A DNA stretch of 22,363 bases from a bacterium (GCA_041946805.1 JBHGBC010000096.1:1-22363), one strand, 5' to 3'; positions 1-9,898 are shown, numbered from the stretch's first letter. Numbers and translations: made by a program. The notes: generated by a model from the letters alone, not told the origin.

Positions 1-2
1 CC

Positions 3-2102
3 GAAGCCTTCGCCCGCGCGCAATATCTGCGGCAACGCTTCGCCGGTCCGGCGGTGATTTCCCTCGAGAACGAGGCGATAACCCTCGATCTCCACCCCGG
101 CAACGGCCTCTTCTGCGTCCAACTCGTGGAGTCCGGCGGGATCTGGCAAAGTGCGCCCCAAGCCCAGGGCCTCGGCTATCTCCAGGCCCAAAACCAAGGC
201 AGAAGAATCCGGCTTTCTCTCCAGGGATTCGAAGTCAAAAGCCACAATGCCCGCCGCTGCGTCCTTACGAAAATTCACGAAGGCGTCCCGCTTCTCGATC
301 TCGAATTCCGGCTCGAATCCAACACGCCGGCCCTCACCGTTTCCTGGAAACCGCACCGGACCTGGACCCTCGACGCCCTCGAATTCGATTCGCTCCTCTG
401 GACCACCGAAACCTTGGGCGGCGGCGCGGTCATCCCCCGCATGACCGGCCAGTTCTTCGACGCCGCCTCCCCCATCGAGATCCTGAAATCCTACAAGACC
501 TACAACGGCTGGGATGGACTCAACATCCCCATGGCCGGCCTGGCCCGGCAAAACAGTTCCGCGCTCGTTTCCTGGGAGGACCCCGCCATCGCCGCCGTGT
601 TCCGCTCCCTGCCCATGGATTCCGAAACCCTGCCCGGTTCCAAGATCACCTCTCTGGGACTGCAGTGCCCCCTGCCCTCCGGTAACTTCCGCCTGGAATG
701 GATGAGCGGCGGCTCCTACGTCCGCATCGCCCACGCCTACCGGGAGATCGCGAAGGCAAACGGCACTTGGATCCCCTGGACCACGAAAATCCAACGGAAC
801 GAGGAAGCCGCCAAACTCCTGGGCGCCGCGGAATTCAAGCCCTTCGTCTGTGTCCGGCACCTCCAGACCGTGGACGGCCAGACCACCGAGCGGGTAACGA
901 ATTCATACACGGAAGAAGATAGCCTCGCCCTCGCCCGCCATCTCCATGACGATCTCCAACTCGAAAAAGTCCTGTTCGTCCTGGCCGGATGGATCCACCG
1001 CGGCTACGACAACCAGCACTCCGACATTCTCCCCGCCGCCCCCGAAATCGGCGGCAACGCGGGGCTGCAACGCATCTCCGAAACCGTACGCGGCTTCGGG
1101 TATCTCTTCGGCTTGCATGACAACTACCAGGATCTATACGAGGACGCCCCCTCCTGGGATCCCTCCCTCATCATGATGGATCCCTCCGGACAACGGATGA
1201 AAGGCGGCGTCTGGGCGGGCGGCCAGGCCTGGCTGATCGCCTCCAACGAAGGCTTGAAACTGGCCAAACGCAACCTGCCCGAGGTCAAGCAGATCTTTTC
1301 GCCCAACGCCTATTTCATCGACACCACCTTCGCCGCCCCCTTGTATGAATCGTTCGATCCGAATAATCCCTTGACCCGCCAGGACGATCTGCATTACAAA
1401 CAGGCACTGAGTCAATACGCCTCCCGCCTTTTCGGCGTCTTCGGCTCGGAAAACGGCATGGCCTTCGGCGTCCCCGTGGCGCACTACTTCGAAGGCCTCC
1501 TCAGCGGCGCGCCGCTCATCGCCAACTTCCCGGAACCGGGCGCCTATGAAGTCCCCCTGTTCCCCCTGATCTACCATGACGCCATCGCCCTCTTCACCCA
1601 CCAGGGTGACCGCGTGGGACCGGGTGACGCCCGCCGCATCCTGAAACATCTGGTGCAGGGAACCATGCCGCTCTACCTCATCGGGCCGCACCGCTATTGG
1701 GAGACTCCCCAGCCCGAACCGGATCCCGCCGATCCGAACTATTGCTTCGCCCGGGGCGGGAGCGGCTGGGGCGAGGGCAAACCGGTCATGGACCGCTTCA
1801 TCAAGAACACCTACAGTTTCCTCTCGCCTTTCGCCGAAGCCGTGGCCACCCTCCCGATGACCCAGCACCGCTTCCTGCTGGATGACCGCAGCGTGGAGTT
1901 CTCCCAGTTCGGCCGGCATTGGCAGGTGGTGGTCAACTACGGCCCGCGGGACTTCCGGTACGGCCAAACCCTGCTTCCCCCCATGGGCTTCATCGCCCTG
2001 GGCCCGGATTTCCTGGCCCAACATTATTACCCCGACATCGGGCAACCACGCACTTCATTGATCGTGAAACATGGAGACAAAACCTATCTGGGTTTTAAAT
2101 GA
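3..2102 (+). CDS. Glycoside hydrolase, GH129/GH101-related (DUF5696-like); probably 5'-truncated by the window edge
   Basis: The frame is open from base 3 (EAFARAQYLRQRFAGPAV...), so GTG 54 need not be the true start. Motifs GWIHRGYDNQHSD, LFGLHDNYQDLY, AYFIDTT and FGSENG resemble the GH129/GH101 TIM-barrel catalytic region. C-terminal VPLFPLIYHD and VVVNY are typical of DUF5696-type proteins. Confidence 0.7.
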   Translation, partial: EAFARAQYLRQRFAGPAVISLENEAITLDLHPGNGLFCVQLVESGGIWQSAPQAQGLGYLQAQNQGRRIRLSLQGFEVKSHNARRCVLTKIHEGVPLLDLEFRLESNTPALTVSWKPHRTWTLDALEFDSLLWTTETLGGGAVIPRMTGQFFDAASPIEILKSYKTYNGWDGLNIPMAGLARQNSSALVSWEDPAIAAVFRSLPMDSETLPGSKITSLGLQCPLPSGNFRLEWMSGGSYVRIAHAYREIAKANGTWIPWTTKIQRNEEAAKLLGAAEFKPFVCVRHLQTVDGQTTERVTNSYTEEDSLALARHLHDDLQLEKVLFVLAGWIHRGYDNQHSDILPAAPEIGGNAGLQRISETVRGFGYLFGLHDNYQDLYEDAPSWDPSLIMMDPSGQRMKGGVWAGGQAWLIASNEGLKLAKRNLPEVKQIFSPNAYFIDTTFAAPLYESFDPNNPLTRQDDLHYKQALSQYASRLFGVFGSENGMAFGVPVAHYFEGLLSGAPLIANFPEPGAYEVPLFPLIYHDAIALFTHQGDRVGPGDARRILKHLVQGTMPLYLIGPHRYWETPQPEPDPADPNYCFARGGSGWGEGKPVMDRFIKNTYSFLSPFAEAVATLPMTQHRFLLDDRSVEFSQFGRHWQVVVNYGPRDFRYGQTLLPPMGFIALGPDFLAQHYYPDIGQPRTSLIVKHGDKTYLGFK

Positions 2103-2357
2103 GGAGAGTTGTGTATCGATTCGCGGGCGGATCCGGATGAGGGTGTAATGGCATTTCGCTCGATCACGGGCCCGCCCCCGGCATCCGGGCCAGATCGCGC
2201 GAATACCCGCTGAGCGGAACGGAATTGCATTCCGATGATCCCCGCTTAGAACTGGTCTTCAAGGATGACAGGATATTGTTCATCCGATCAGTGCGTACAT
2301 TTTTCCGGGAGCCTGACCGGTTATCGATTAGACGGATTGGAGAGAGCAGCCTTAAGT

Positions 2358-2391
2358 CCCCTCTCCCTCTGGGAAAGGGCCAGGGTGAGGG
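2358..2391 (+). repeat. Palindromic intergenic repeat family A (CCCTCTCCC-n-GGGAGAGGG..GGGTGAGGG), copy 1
   Basis: cccctctccctctgggaaagggccagggtgaggg; matches copies at 4172, 10028, 10080, 12426, 19551 and 19788. Confidence 0.85.
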
Positions 2392-2711
2392 ACAGCTTTT
2401 CCTCGGCGCCGATCCCCTCGGCGGGTTCCTAAACGCTGAGCATGAACGAAATTAGGATTTTTCGATTCAGAGTCAGGGTATTGAAATACGATTTTCCACA
2501 TCCTGAACGCATCGGCCGGATGAACCACTGGTTCCGGATTTTCAGGTTGAAGAAAATCCTGGCGTGGTTGTTCCCGATTTCATGAAGACAGGTTCTTGTC
2601 GATGACATTTCCTTACCCTGACAAACCGGCCGGTTCCAGGCTATCGTACTATGCACCCACTACATTCCGGATTTCCCGTATTCCGGTTTTCACCGCAGGA
2701 GGATCGCTGGC

Positions 2712-4058
2712 ATGTCCAAAACAACTCCCAACTCCCTTACCCGCCGCTCGTTTTTGGAACGGTCCGGCAAAAGCGCCGCTCTCTTTGCCGCCATGACCAA
2801 GGCCCCCGCCGTCCTGGCCGCCAATCACAGCCCCAATGACGTCATCGGCGTCGGCCACGCCGGCGCCGGTGTCCGGGGAGGGCAACTCATCACCGAAGTC
2901 GCGGGCGAACCGGACAAGAACCGACCCGGCGTTCCCAATACCCAGGTCAAAGCCATCTGTGAGATCTACAAGGGCCACATGGAAAAAGGCGTCAAACTCT
3001 CCGCCAATCCCAATGTCAAACAATACCACGACTACCACGACATGCTGGCGGACAAGGAAATCGACGCCGTGGTCATCGCCGTCCCGGACCACTGGCACTC
3101 CAAGATGGTCATCGACGCCGCCTTCGCGGGCAAGGACATCTACGTCGAAAAATGCTGGACCCGCACCCTGCCCGAAGCCAAGGCCATGTACAAGGCCATC
3201 AAGATGAACAACACGGTCATGCAGCTGGGCCACGACCGCTCCAGCGCCGCCGCCCTTCAGGCCGCCGAATTGATCGCCGGGGGAATTCTCGGCGAAGTCA
3301 CCCTGGTGCAGTCCGGATGCTACCGCAACCGCGAACGCGGCAAGGACGAATGGCGCTGGTACGGCTGGTACGGCGACTTCAACCGCCCCGACGAAGCCAT
3401 GGTCCGCCAAAACCTCGACTGGGAGCGCTTTCTCGGCGACGCTCCCTACCACCCATTCTCCATGGAACGCTTCTGGCATTGGCGCTGCTACTGGGATTAC
3501 GGCACCGGCATCGCCGGCGACCTGCTCTCCCATTCCTTCGACTTCGTCAACTACGTCCTGAAACTGGGCATTCCCCACAGCTGCACCTGCTCCGGCAGCC
3601 TCAACCTCCTCAAGGACGGCCGCGAATGCCCCGACACCTGGATCACCACGTATCAATACCCGGAGCGCGGGCTGACCTACACCGACACCACCCTCTTCAA
3701 TAGCGAGATGTTCGGTCTCAACACCCATGATTCCGTCATCCGGGGCAAGGACGCCCTGCTTAAATTCGGCGAAAACAACTTCGAGATCTACGCCGAGGAC
3801 ACGTCCCAGAAATACAAGCCCCAGATCGAGAAGGGTGAAATCCAGCACGCCAAGCCGTTCCGCGCGTTCGACCCCAAGGAAACGCCCGAGCAGCCCAGCC
3901 ACATGCAGGATTTCTTCAACTGCATGCGCTCCCGGCAAAAACCGAAGGACAACGAGGATGAGGCCTTCGCCGAGGCGGTCACCTGCATCATGTCCGTCCA
4001 GGCCTTCTTCGAACAACGCACCATCACCTGGGACAAAGACCGGCAGGTGTTTGTGTGA
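2712..4058 (+). CDS. Gfo/Idh/MocA family oxidoreductase with Tat signal peptide
   Basis: N-terminal LTRRSFL twin-arginine motif; GAGVRG NAD-binding loop; DAVVIAVPDHWH; GKDIYVEK; WRCYWDYGTGIAGDLLSH; SD aggagg upstream. Confidence 0.92.
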   Translation: MSKTTPNSLTRRSFLERSGKSAALFAAMTKAPAVLAANHSPNDVIGVGHAGAGVRGGQLITEVAGEPDKNRPGVPNTQVKAICEIYKGHMEKGVKLSANPNVKQYHDYHDMLADKEIDAVVIAVPDHWHSKMVIDAAFAGKDIYVEKCWTRTLPEAKAMYKAIKMNNTVMQLGHDRSSAAALQAAELIAGGILGEVTLVQSGCYRNRERGKDEWRWYGWYGDFNRPDEAMVRQNLDWERFLGDAPYHPFSMERFWHWRCYWDYGTGIAGDLLSHSFDFVNYVLKLGIPHSCTCSGSLNLLKDGRECPDTWITTYQYPERGLTYTDTTLFNSEMFGLNTHDSVIRGKDALLKFGENNFEIYAEDTSQKYKPQIEKGEIQHAKPFRAFDPKETPEQPSHMQDFFNCMRSRQKPKDNEDEAFAEAVTCIMSVQAFFEQRTITWDKDRQVFV

Positions 4059-4171
4059 GCTGAATTCATCGTCCGGCGGGACTATTGCCATACGGTAACT
4101 ATTTACCCGAAAGCAGAACTTTCTCAGTGCTTTATTCGTAGAATGAGCATAGAAGGAATCGCTTAACGATT

Positions 4172-4204
4172 CCCTCTCCCTCTGGGAGAGGGGTAGGGTG
4201 AGGG
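4172..4204 (+). repeat. Repeat family A, copy 2
   Basis: ccctctccctctgggagaggggtagggtgaggg. Confidence 0.85.
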
Positions 4205-4275
4205 AAGCATTGAAAGGACGACATTCACTCCTTCACTGTCATGGAGTGAACAGTTACGTACCATGTCATTACCTT

Positions 4276-4299
4276 GAAGGGGCGCGCGAGCGCCCCTTC
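4276..4299. repeat. Perfect GC-rich hairpin (REP-like or terminator-like)
   Basis: gaaggggcgc-gcga-gcgccccttc: 10-bp perfect inverted repeat with a 4-nt loop and no clear U-tract. Confidence 0.55.
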
Positions 4300-4322
4300 G
4301 GTTATTCTGCTGCGCGTTCATT

Positions 4323-4349
4323 GTCATTCCCGTGAAAGCGGAATTCCAG
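4323..4349 (+). repeat. Degenerate dRS3-like (GTCATTCCCGCGAAAGCGGGAATCCAG-type) palindromic repeat
   Basis: gtcattcccgtgaaagcggaattccag resembles the widespread ATTCCC-N8-GGGAAT element; single copy in the window. Confidence 0.55.
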
Positions 4350-4590
4350 GCGATCATCCCGGGATGGATGCCTGGGACTTGTTTCAGCGCTCAAAAACCG
4401 CTATCCGCTGGAATTTTGTAAAAAATTTCTTGTTCTTGGTTCCCAAGGAAATATACTTATATAGTCATCCGCACCTATACAGGTTGATGATTCCGATGGC
4501 GGCGTGGCTTCGCGGATCGGGAAGGTTTCCGGCCGCGGAGAGGGGAGAAAATCGCGCGATTCCGTTCCTTCGAAAGGATCACTGGGCGGT

Positions 4591-5364
4591 ATGGAAGGTA
4601 AACTGTTTTCAAATCTGGGCAATTTCATCATCGGCCGGCCGCGAGGGCATTTTCTGCCGGGTGAACCGTATGAAAAAACGTGGCCGGTCACCCAACAATT
4701 CCGGTACCGGATATTTTGTAAAATCGTCCCATCCTTAAAAGAGCGGGACCGGCTCGAATCCCTGGCCTGCCCGAAGGGCCGCTGGGGCCACTTGCAGGAG
4801 TATTTCTTGACCATGCTGAAGGATCACGGCTTGCGGCCCGGGCACTCGCTTCTCGATATCGGCTGCGGCCCCCTCTCCGCCGGCATCGTGTTGATTCCCT
4901 ATCTGGACCGCGGCCGCTACCACGGTTTCGACATCCGCCCGAAATCGTTGAACGAAGCCTACCGGCTCGTGGCCAAAATCGGGTGCGCCGATAAGAATCC
5001 CACGATTTTCTATTCCGAAACCTTCGGGCGGGAGGAACTGGGCAGTCTCCAGTTCGATTACTTTCTCGCTCACAGTGTGTTATATCATTTGGACGAAGAC
5101 AAACTCGAAGCCTGCCTGCAAGAAATCTCCCGCCGCATGAAACCCCATTCCAAATTCTACGGCGACACCATCAATAAAACCGAAATCCCCGCCGTCGTGG
5201 GGCGCTGGGCCGAGTTCACGTATTACAGCCGCCCCCGGGAATTTTATGAGCAAGTGGGGAAAAAATTCGGCCTGCGTATGAATTTCATCGGCCCCTTCGA
5301 CCATCCCGGTTTTCCGTTCAAGGAAAACAACCTGATCGAATACACGAAAGCCGCGGCCCCCTGA
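4591..5364 (+). CDS. Class I SAM-dependent methyltransferase
   Basis: Motif I LLDIGCGPL, YHGFDI, FDYFLAHSVLYHL, RRMKPHSKF. ATG 4591 (aaagga upstream) is preferred over GTG 4504. Confidence 0.85.
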   Translation: MEGKLFSNLGNFIIGRPRGHFLPGEPYEKTWPVTQQFRYRIFCKIVPSLKERDRLESLACPKGRWGHLQEYFLTMLKDHGLRPGHSLLDIGCGPLSAGIVLIPYLDRGRYHGFDIRPKSLNEAYRLVAKIGCADKNPTIFYSETFGREELGSLQFDYFLAHSVLYHLDEDKLEACLQEISRRMKPHSKFYGDTINKTEIPAVVGRWAEFTYYSRPREFYEQVGKKFGLRMNFIGPFDHPGFPFKENNLIEYTKAAAP

Positions 5365-5461
5365 AACGGGACCGGGCGCTTATCCCCTCCCCGCGCGGAT
5401 TGATTCCCACCCGGCGCTGAAGTAGCCTGAGCCAATAATCTACATTCCACGTGAAAGAACC

Positions 5462-5959
5462 ATGCCTCTGTTTCGCGACGGGAAATGCCCCCCCCTGCGC
5501 CGTTGGTCCGAACCCGCCCAGATCGCGGGTTTTGCCGCCTGCGCCTTGTTCATCAACCTGCTGGCCGGATTCGCCCTCGCTCCCCTGGGATTCACCAATC
5601 CCATCCGGGCGCAGCAGTCGGCCATCAATCTCCAAAGTCCGGTCACCTCCACGCTGGTGGAGGTCGTCTGCGATCCGGCCGTGGAAACCCTCTACGGCCA
5701 GTGGCTGCCCCTGCTCGCCGCCCGCTTCGCCAAACGCTCGCCGATCGTACAAATCCTCTGGTCCGCCATCTGGTTTACGGTCTTGCACATCCGCTATGGC
5801 CCAGCGTATATGATTCATACCTTCCTAGTGGGTTGGATCCTGGCCAGCGGCTTCCTTTTCTGCCGCCAGGAGAGCTGGATCAAGGCCTACCGCGCCACCA
5901 CCCTCGCCAGCGTCGTTCACAAGGCGGTGATGACGGCGCTGTTCTTTATGTTCCATTGA
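5462..5959 (+). CDS. CPBP/CAAX (Abi) family intramembrane protease-like protein with degenerate motifs
   Basis: Several hydrophobic segments; PAVETLYGQ (EExxxR position), WFTVLH (FxxxH), VVHKAVM (HxxxN position). Confidence 0.6.
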   Translation: MPLFRDGKCPPLRRWSEPAQIAGFAACALFINLLAGFALAPLGFTNPIRAQQSAINLQSPVTSTLVEVVCDPAVETLYGQWLPLLAARFAKRSPIVQILWSAIWFTVLHIRYGPAYMIHTFLVGWILASGFLFCRQESWIKAYRATTLASVVHKAVMTALFFMFH

Positions 5960-5967
5960 CATTCACT

Positions 5968-6744
5968 TTACAGACGCCGGATGCCGAAACCGCCTCCCAC
6001 CTCGATTGATGCCCCCGTCGAGTAATCGAAATCCCCCCGGGCGATCGCGCTGACCGCTTTCCCCACGTCTTCCGGCGTTCCCCAGCGCGCCTGCGGCGTG
6101 ATCCCCTCCGCGAACAACCGGTCGTATTTCTCCCTGACCACCGCCGTCATATCGGTCGCAATGATTCCCGGCTGGATCTCGTAAACATAAATCCCTTCCC
6201 GCGCCAGCCGGTCCGCAAAGAGTTTCACCGCCATCGACAGCCCCGCTTTCGACAAACAATACTCGCCCCGGTTGATCGACGACGTGTAGGCCGAGATCGA
6301 CGTGACGAACACGATCCGCGCGGTTTCCATCACCCCCGTCCGGCGCAGTTCGATCATCCGCCGGGCGGCGGTTTGCGTCAGAAAAAACGGACCGGTCAGG
6401 TTAGTCTCCATCACGTAGCGGTAACTGTCCTGGCTCATGTCCAACAGATCCGCCCGTGTCTTGGGGGCCACGCCCGCGTTGTTCACCAGCAGGTCCAGGC
6501 GGCCGAACACGGCCAGGGTCTCGCCGATCAGCCGCGCGCGGTCCCCTTCCTCCGCCACGCTGCCCTGGACCACGGCCGCCCGGGTTCCCTGCTCTTCCAC
6601 CAACCGCCGGGTCTCTTCCGCCGCCGACGCGTTGCCCGCGTAATTGACCATGATGTCATAGCCGGTTTTCGCCAATTCCACCGCGATGCCCCGCCCGATC
6701 CCGCGGCTCGAGCCGGTCACCAACGCGCATCGTGCCTGTGTCAT
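5968..6744 (-). CDS. SDR family oxidoreductase (3-ketoacyl-ACP reductase-like)
   Basis: TGSSRGIG, LVNNAG, catalytic YCLSK, IQPGIIATDM; start ATG 6744 with SD aggag. Confidence 0.92.
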   Translation of the reverse strand: MTQARCALVTGSSRGIGRGIAVELAKTGYDIMVNYAGNASAAEETRRLVEEQGTRAAVVQGSVAEEGDRARLIGETLAVFGRLDLLVNNAGVAPKTRADLLDMSQDSYRYVMETNLTGPFFLTQTAARRMIELRRTGVMETARIVFVTSISAYTSSINRGEYCLSKAGLSMAVKLFADRLAREGIYVYEIQPGIIATDMTAVVREKYDRLFAEGITPQARWGTPEDVGKAVSAIARGDFDYSTGASIEVGGGFGIRRL

Positions 6745-6987
6745 CGCGTTATTCTCCTGGAATGTTCTCGGGTGCTTCATTCACTGGATAGTAAAGGATG
6801 GAAACGCGGCGGTCGAGTGGTGAAAACCTGTCACAATGGCTTAAAAAGCAAGGGGCCCTGAAGAAACCAAGGGACGTAATGCACAAGAAAGGCGGAACGC
6901 CCGCGGACTGCCGCGTCTTTCCCATTTTGGGATATGATGAAAGAGAAATACCCCTAGATCCAGTTCCGATCGGGAGTTGACGAATCC

Positions 6988-8670
6988 ATGCGTTCCCTGA
7001 CCGTGCAAATCCCCTGGTCCATCGAGGTCCTCATCGCCATCCTGACCGTTTTCGGCCTGATCACCCTGCTCCGCCGCGGCGCCGAGTTCCTGCGGATCCT
7101 CTTCGCCCTGCGCAAATGGAGTTTCCGCCAATACCAAAAGGAACAACAAAAGGTCCTCCGCGAGTGCCTGAACGAAGCGGACCGTCAAGCGCAGGAGGTC
7201 CTCGATCAAACCATCCAGAAAATCTGGTACACCTTCACGCCCGTGGAATGGCTCAACTTCAAGGCCATCCAGTTCCAATGCCAGGAACTGGTCGGCCGGA
7301 TCGCGGCCGTCTATTATCCCGATTCGAAATGCCCCGAGTTCGAGGTCACCATCCTCGACCTCCTCAAACTGACCGAACGGATCGCCTTTGACGTCAGCTC
7401 CCTGCTGACTGAATTCCCCACGTTCCGTAAAATTTCCGTCCAAAACATCCTCGAAGCCAAGGCCCTGATCGAGCAGACCAAGAAGACCATCGACCGCAAG
7501 GGCGTTCAATCCGGCCGCCGCCTGGCCAGCCGCGTCTGGGCCGCCCTCAACCTGATCCAACCGGATTACTGGATCCGCCGGGCGGTCATCAAGGGGGTAT
7601 CCGAAGTGGTGGGACGTAAAATCCTCACCTCCATCTACCGCATCGTGGGGACCGAGGCCATCCAGATCTACCGCTCCGCCATGGCCGAACGGGTATCGCC
7701 CGAGGACCTGGTGGAAATGGAATCCGAAGCGGAAACACCCGTACCGGAATCCGCGCCCAAGGCCTCTCCCGCTTCCACGGCCTCCCCCGAAACTCCCGCC
7801 GGGGAGGACATCCCTGATGCGGTTGAAACCGAACCAACGCAGGAAGAAGCCATCCGGGAATCCCGCGCCCTTGTCGTGATGGGGAACTCCCCGGATTCAA
7901 ATTCCGGTTCCGAATCCACATTCAACACCGAATCCGATCCCATGAACGAAGACGACGCGTCATCCGAATCAACTTCCCGCTGGATATCCATCACCCGCTT
8001 GCTGGCCACGTTCATCGAGGGTTCCATGAACCTGTGGGAAAAAATGGTCAATCCCGAGAAGATCATCGCCCGTTTCCAGCAAGAGAATCCGGAGGTCAAA
8101 TGCCTCTCCGACATCCGCCTGCTGGACGTGGACCTCGTGGACGCCGTGGCCGGGGAATACATCCGCAAGGGCCGCTGGTTGTCGGCCGCCGAGGGTGCGG
8201 CCACCGGCTTCGGCGGCTTGTTTTTGCTCTCCGCCGACGCCGTTTCGCTTCTCGCCCTCCAGCTGCGCACCATCCAGCAAGTCGGCTATTGCTACGGATT
8301 CGACGTCTCCCGCCCCGAGGAAAAACTCTTCGCCGCCAAACTGCTGACCGAGGCCTACCAGCATCCCGCCAAGCAGGAACGGCAATCGCTCATGAACGAA
8401 ATGCGCACCGCCGCGTCCCTGCTCGCCGGCCAGACCCCGTTCCGCCTTTTGCAGAAACGCCTCTTCGTCCAGGGATTCGCCAAGGCCGCGCAAAAAATCG
8501 GCATCCGCATGGGGGGGCGCAAAGCCGCCCAGTTCGTCCCCGTCCTGGGTTCTCTGGCCGGGGGGACCATCAACCAAAAAGTGACGTATGACATCGCCTG
8601 CGTCGCCCGGGACGTGTACCGTGAACGATATCTCCAAATCAAGGATTCGTATGACAAATATACGCAATAA
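6988..8670 (+). CDS. Membrane-anchored protein with a C-terminal EcsC-like domain and an uncharacterised N-terminal helical domain
   Basis: N-terminal TM helix; acidic Pro/Ser/Glu-rich linker; C-terminal AAEGAATGFGG..ADAVSLLALQLRTIQQVGYCYGFD..AAQFVPVLGSLAGGTIN is typical of the EcsC family; SD ggag. Confidence 0.75.
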   Translation: MRSLTVQIPWSIEVLIAILTVFGLITLLRRGAEFLRILFALRKWSFRQYQKEQQKVLRECLNEADRQAQEVLDQTIQKIWYTFTPVEWLNFKAIQFQCQELVGRIAAVYYPDSKCPEFEVTILDLLKLTERIAFDVSSLLTEFPTFRKISVQNILEAKALIEQTKKTIDRKGVQSGRRLASRVWAALNLIQPDYWIRRAVIKGVSEVVGRKILTSIYRIVGTEAIQIYRSAMAERVSPEDLVEMESEAETPVPESAPKASPASTASPETPAGEDIPDAVETEPTQEEAIRESRALVVMGNSPDSNSGSESTFNTESDPMNEDDASSESTSRWISITRLLATFIEGSMNLWEKMVNPEKIIARFQQENPEVKCLSDIRLLDVDLVDAVAGEYIRKGRWLSAAEGAATGFGGLFLLSADAVSLLALQLRTIQQVGYCYGFDVSRPEEKLFAAKLLTEAYQHPAKQERQSLMNEMRTAASLLAGQTPFRLLQKRLFVQGFAKAAQKIGIRMGGRKAAQFVPVLGSLAGGTINQKVTYDIACVARDVYRERYLQIKDSYDKYTQ

Positions 8671-8812
8671 CACGGCCGGAGAGGCAAGCAGGAGTATATT
8701 GCACATGCCCCCATGGGTACAATCCAGCGTCCCTCATGCGCGGGAAGGACCGATGCGGTAACGATCCGGGTCTCCATCCGGAGTAAGGAGTCCGGAGATA
8801 TGAAAATCCTTA

Positions 8813-9898
8813 TCAGCGGGATTTCAGCCAGAGTATATCCGTGCCGCGGGTGAGGGGTTCCAGGATGGCGGTCACGGTTTCAGCGAAGAGCGTTTCGCTG
8901 AAATCATGACCGATGGTGATTACGTTCAGCCGGTTTTCCTTCGCTTCCCAGAGATAGTGATACCCCATTTCACCCGTCAGGAAAACATCCACATCAAGAG
9001 GATAGATCAGGGGCAGCATTGAATTGCCGCTGCCGGTGGAAAGCGCGGCGCGGCGGATTTGCCGCCGGCGGTCCGGCCGCACGCCGCCCAGGGATTTCAG
9101 TCCCGGCCGGCTCTTCATGATCCGTTTCTCGAATTCGCTCCACGAGAGTTTCCGATCGAACTCCGCGATCCACAGGGCCTGGCGCATGTCACGCGCGTCC
9201 TCCAGGGCGTAAAGATCGTAGGCCGGTTCTTCGTAGGGATGGGCTTGGTACAATGCCTGGATGACCGCCCATTTTCGGGCAACGGGCAGCACCATCTCCA
9301 GCCGGTCTTCATCCGCCCGCTCGAAGGCCCCCGCCCGGCCCAGGAACGGATTGGCGCGCCCGGATCCACGAAACGTGCCTGTTCCCCGCGACGTGAACGA
9401 GCATTGGTCGTACTCGCCGATGATCCCTGCCCCGGCGCGGCCCAAGGCTTCGCGCACACGGTCGGTATGCTCGGGTGGAACGAAGGTGACCAGTTTCAAC
9501 CGGGCGGCTTGCGGTTTGGCGGTCAGAGGGGTGACGCGGGCGCATCCCAGCTTGCGCGCCCAAAGCGGAGCCATGCCCTGGGGATGCAAATCGAGGTTCG
9601 TGTGCATGGCGTAAAGCGCCAGCTCCCGCCGGATCAATTCGCGCGCCAGCCGCTGCACGGGATCGCTCTCCAGCAGACGGCGCAGGGGGCGGAAAATCAA
9701 GGGATGATGCACCAAAAGAAAATCGGCCTGGAGCCGGACCGCTTCCTCAAGAAAATGAGTGGACATCTCCAGCCCCGGCATAATCCGCCGGATCTCCCGC
9801 TCCGGATCGCCCACCTGCAAACCCACCGGATCATCCGGCAAGGCCCATTCGAGAGGAACCGCGTGTTCAAGAATGCGCGTCAAGTCTTTGATTTTCAT
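8813..9898 (-). CDS. Nif3-like dinuclear metal centre hexameric protein (YqfO type, with PII-like insert)
   Basis: DPVGLQVG, HHPLIF, HTNLD, KLVTFVP...GAGIIGEYDQCSF...HPYEEPAYD insert, GHDFSE. Confidence 0.93.
   Translation of the reverse strand: MKIKDLTRILEHAVPLEWALPDDPVGLQVGDPEREIRRIMPGLEMSTHFLEEAVRLQADFLLVHHPLIFRPLRRLLESDPVQRLARELIRRELALYAMHTNLDLHPQGMAPLWARKLGCARVTPLTAKPQAARLKLVTFVPPEHTDRVREALGRAGAGIIGEYDQCSFTSRGTGTFRGSGRANPFLGRAGAFERADEDRLEMVLPVARKWAVIQALYQAHPYEEPAYDLYALEDARDMRQALWIAEFDRKLSWSEFEKRIMKSRPGLKSLGGVRPDRRRQIRRAALSTGSGNSMLPLIYPLDVDVFLTGEMGYHYLWEAKENRLNVITIGHDFSETLFAETVTAILEPLTRGTDILWLKSR

Noticed and set aside
2225..2455. 76-aa ORF and similar short intergenic ORFs (4163-4357, 4274-4738, 18447-18677, 18595-18789)
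   Set aside because: They run through repeat elements (translating as PLPLGKGQGEG or PSPYPSPRGRG) or the 6S RNA and lack coding hallmarks.
2649..4091. 480-aa minus-strand ORF
   Set aside because: Antisense shadow of the Gfo/Idh/MocA gene, caused by high-GC codon bias; no recognisable motifs.
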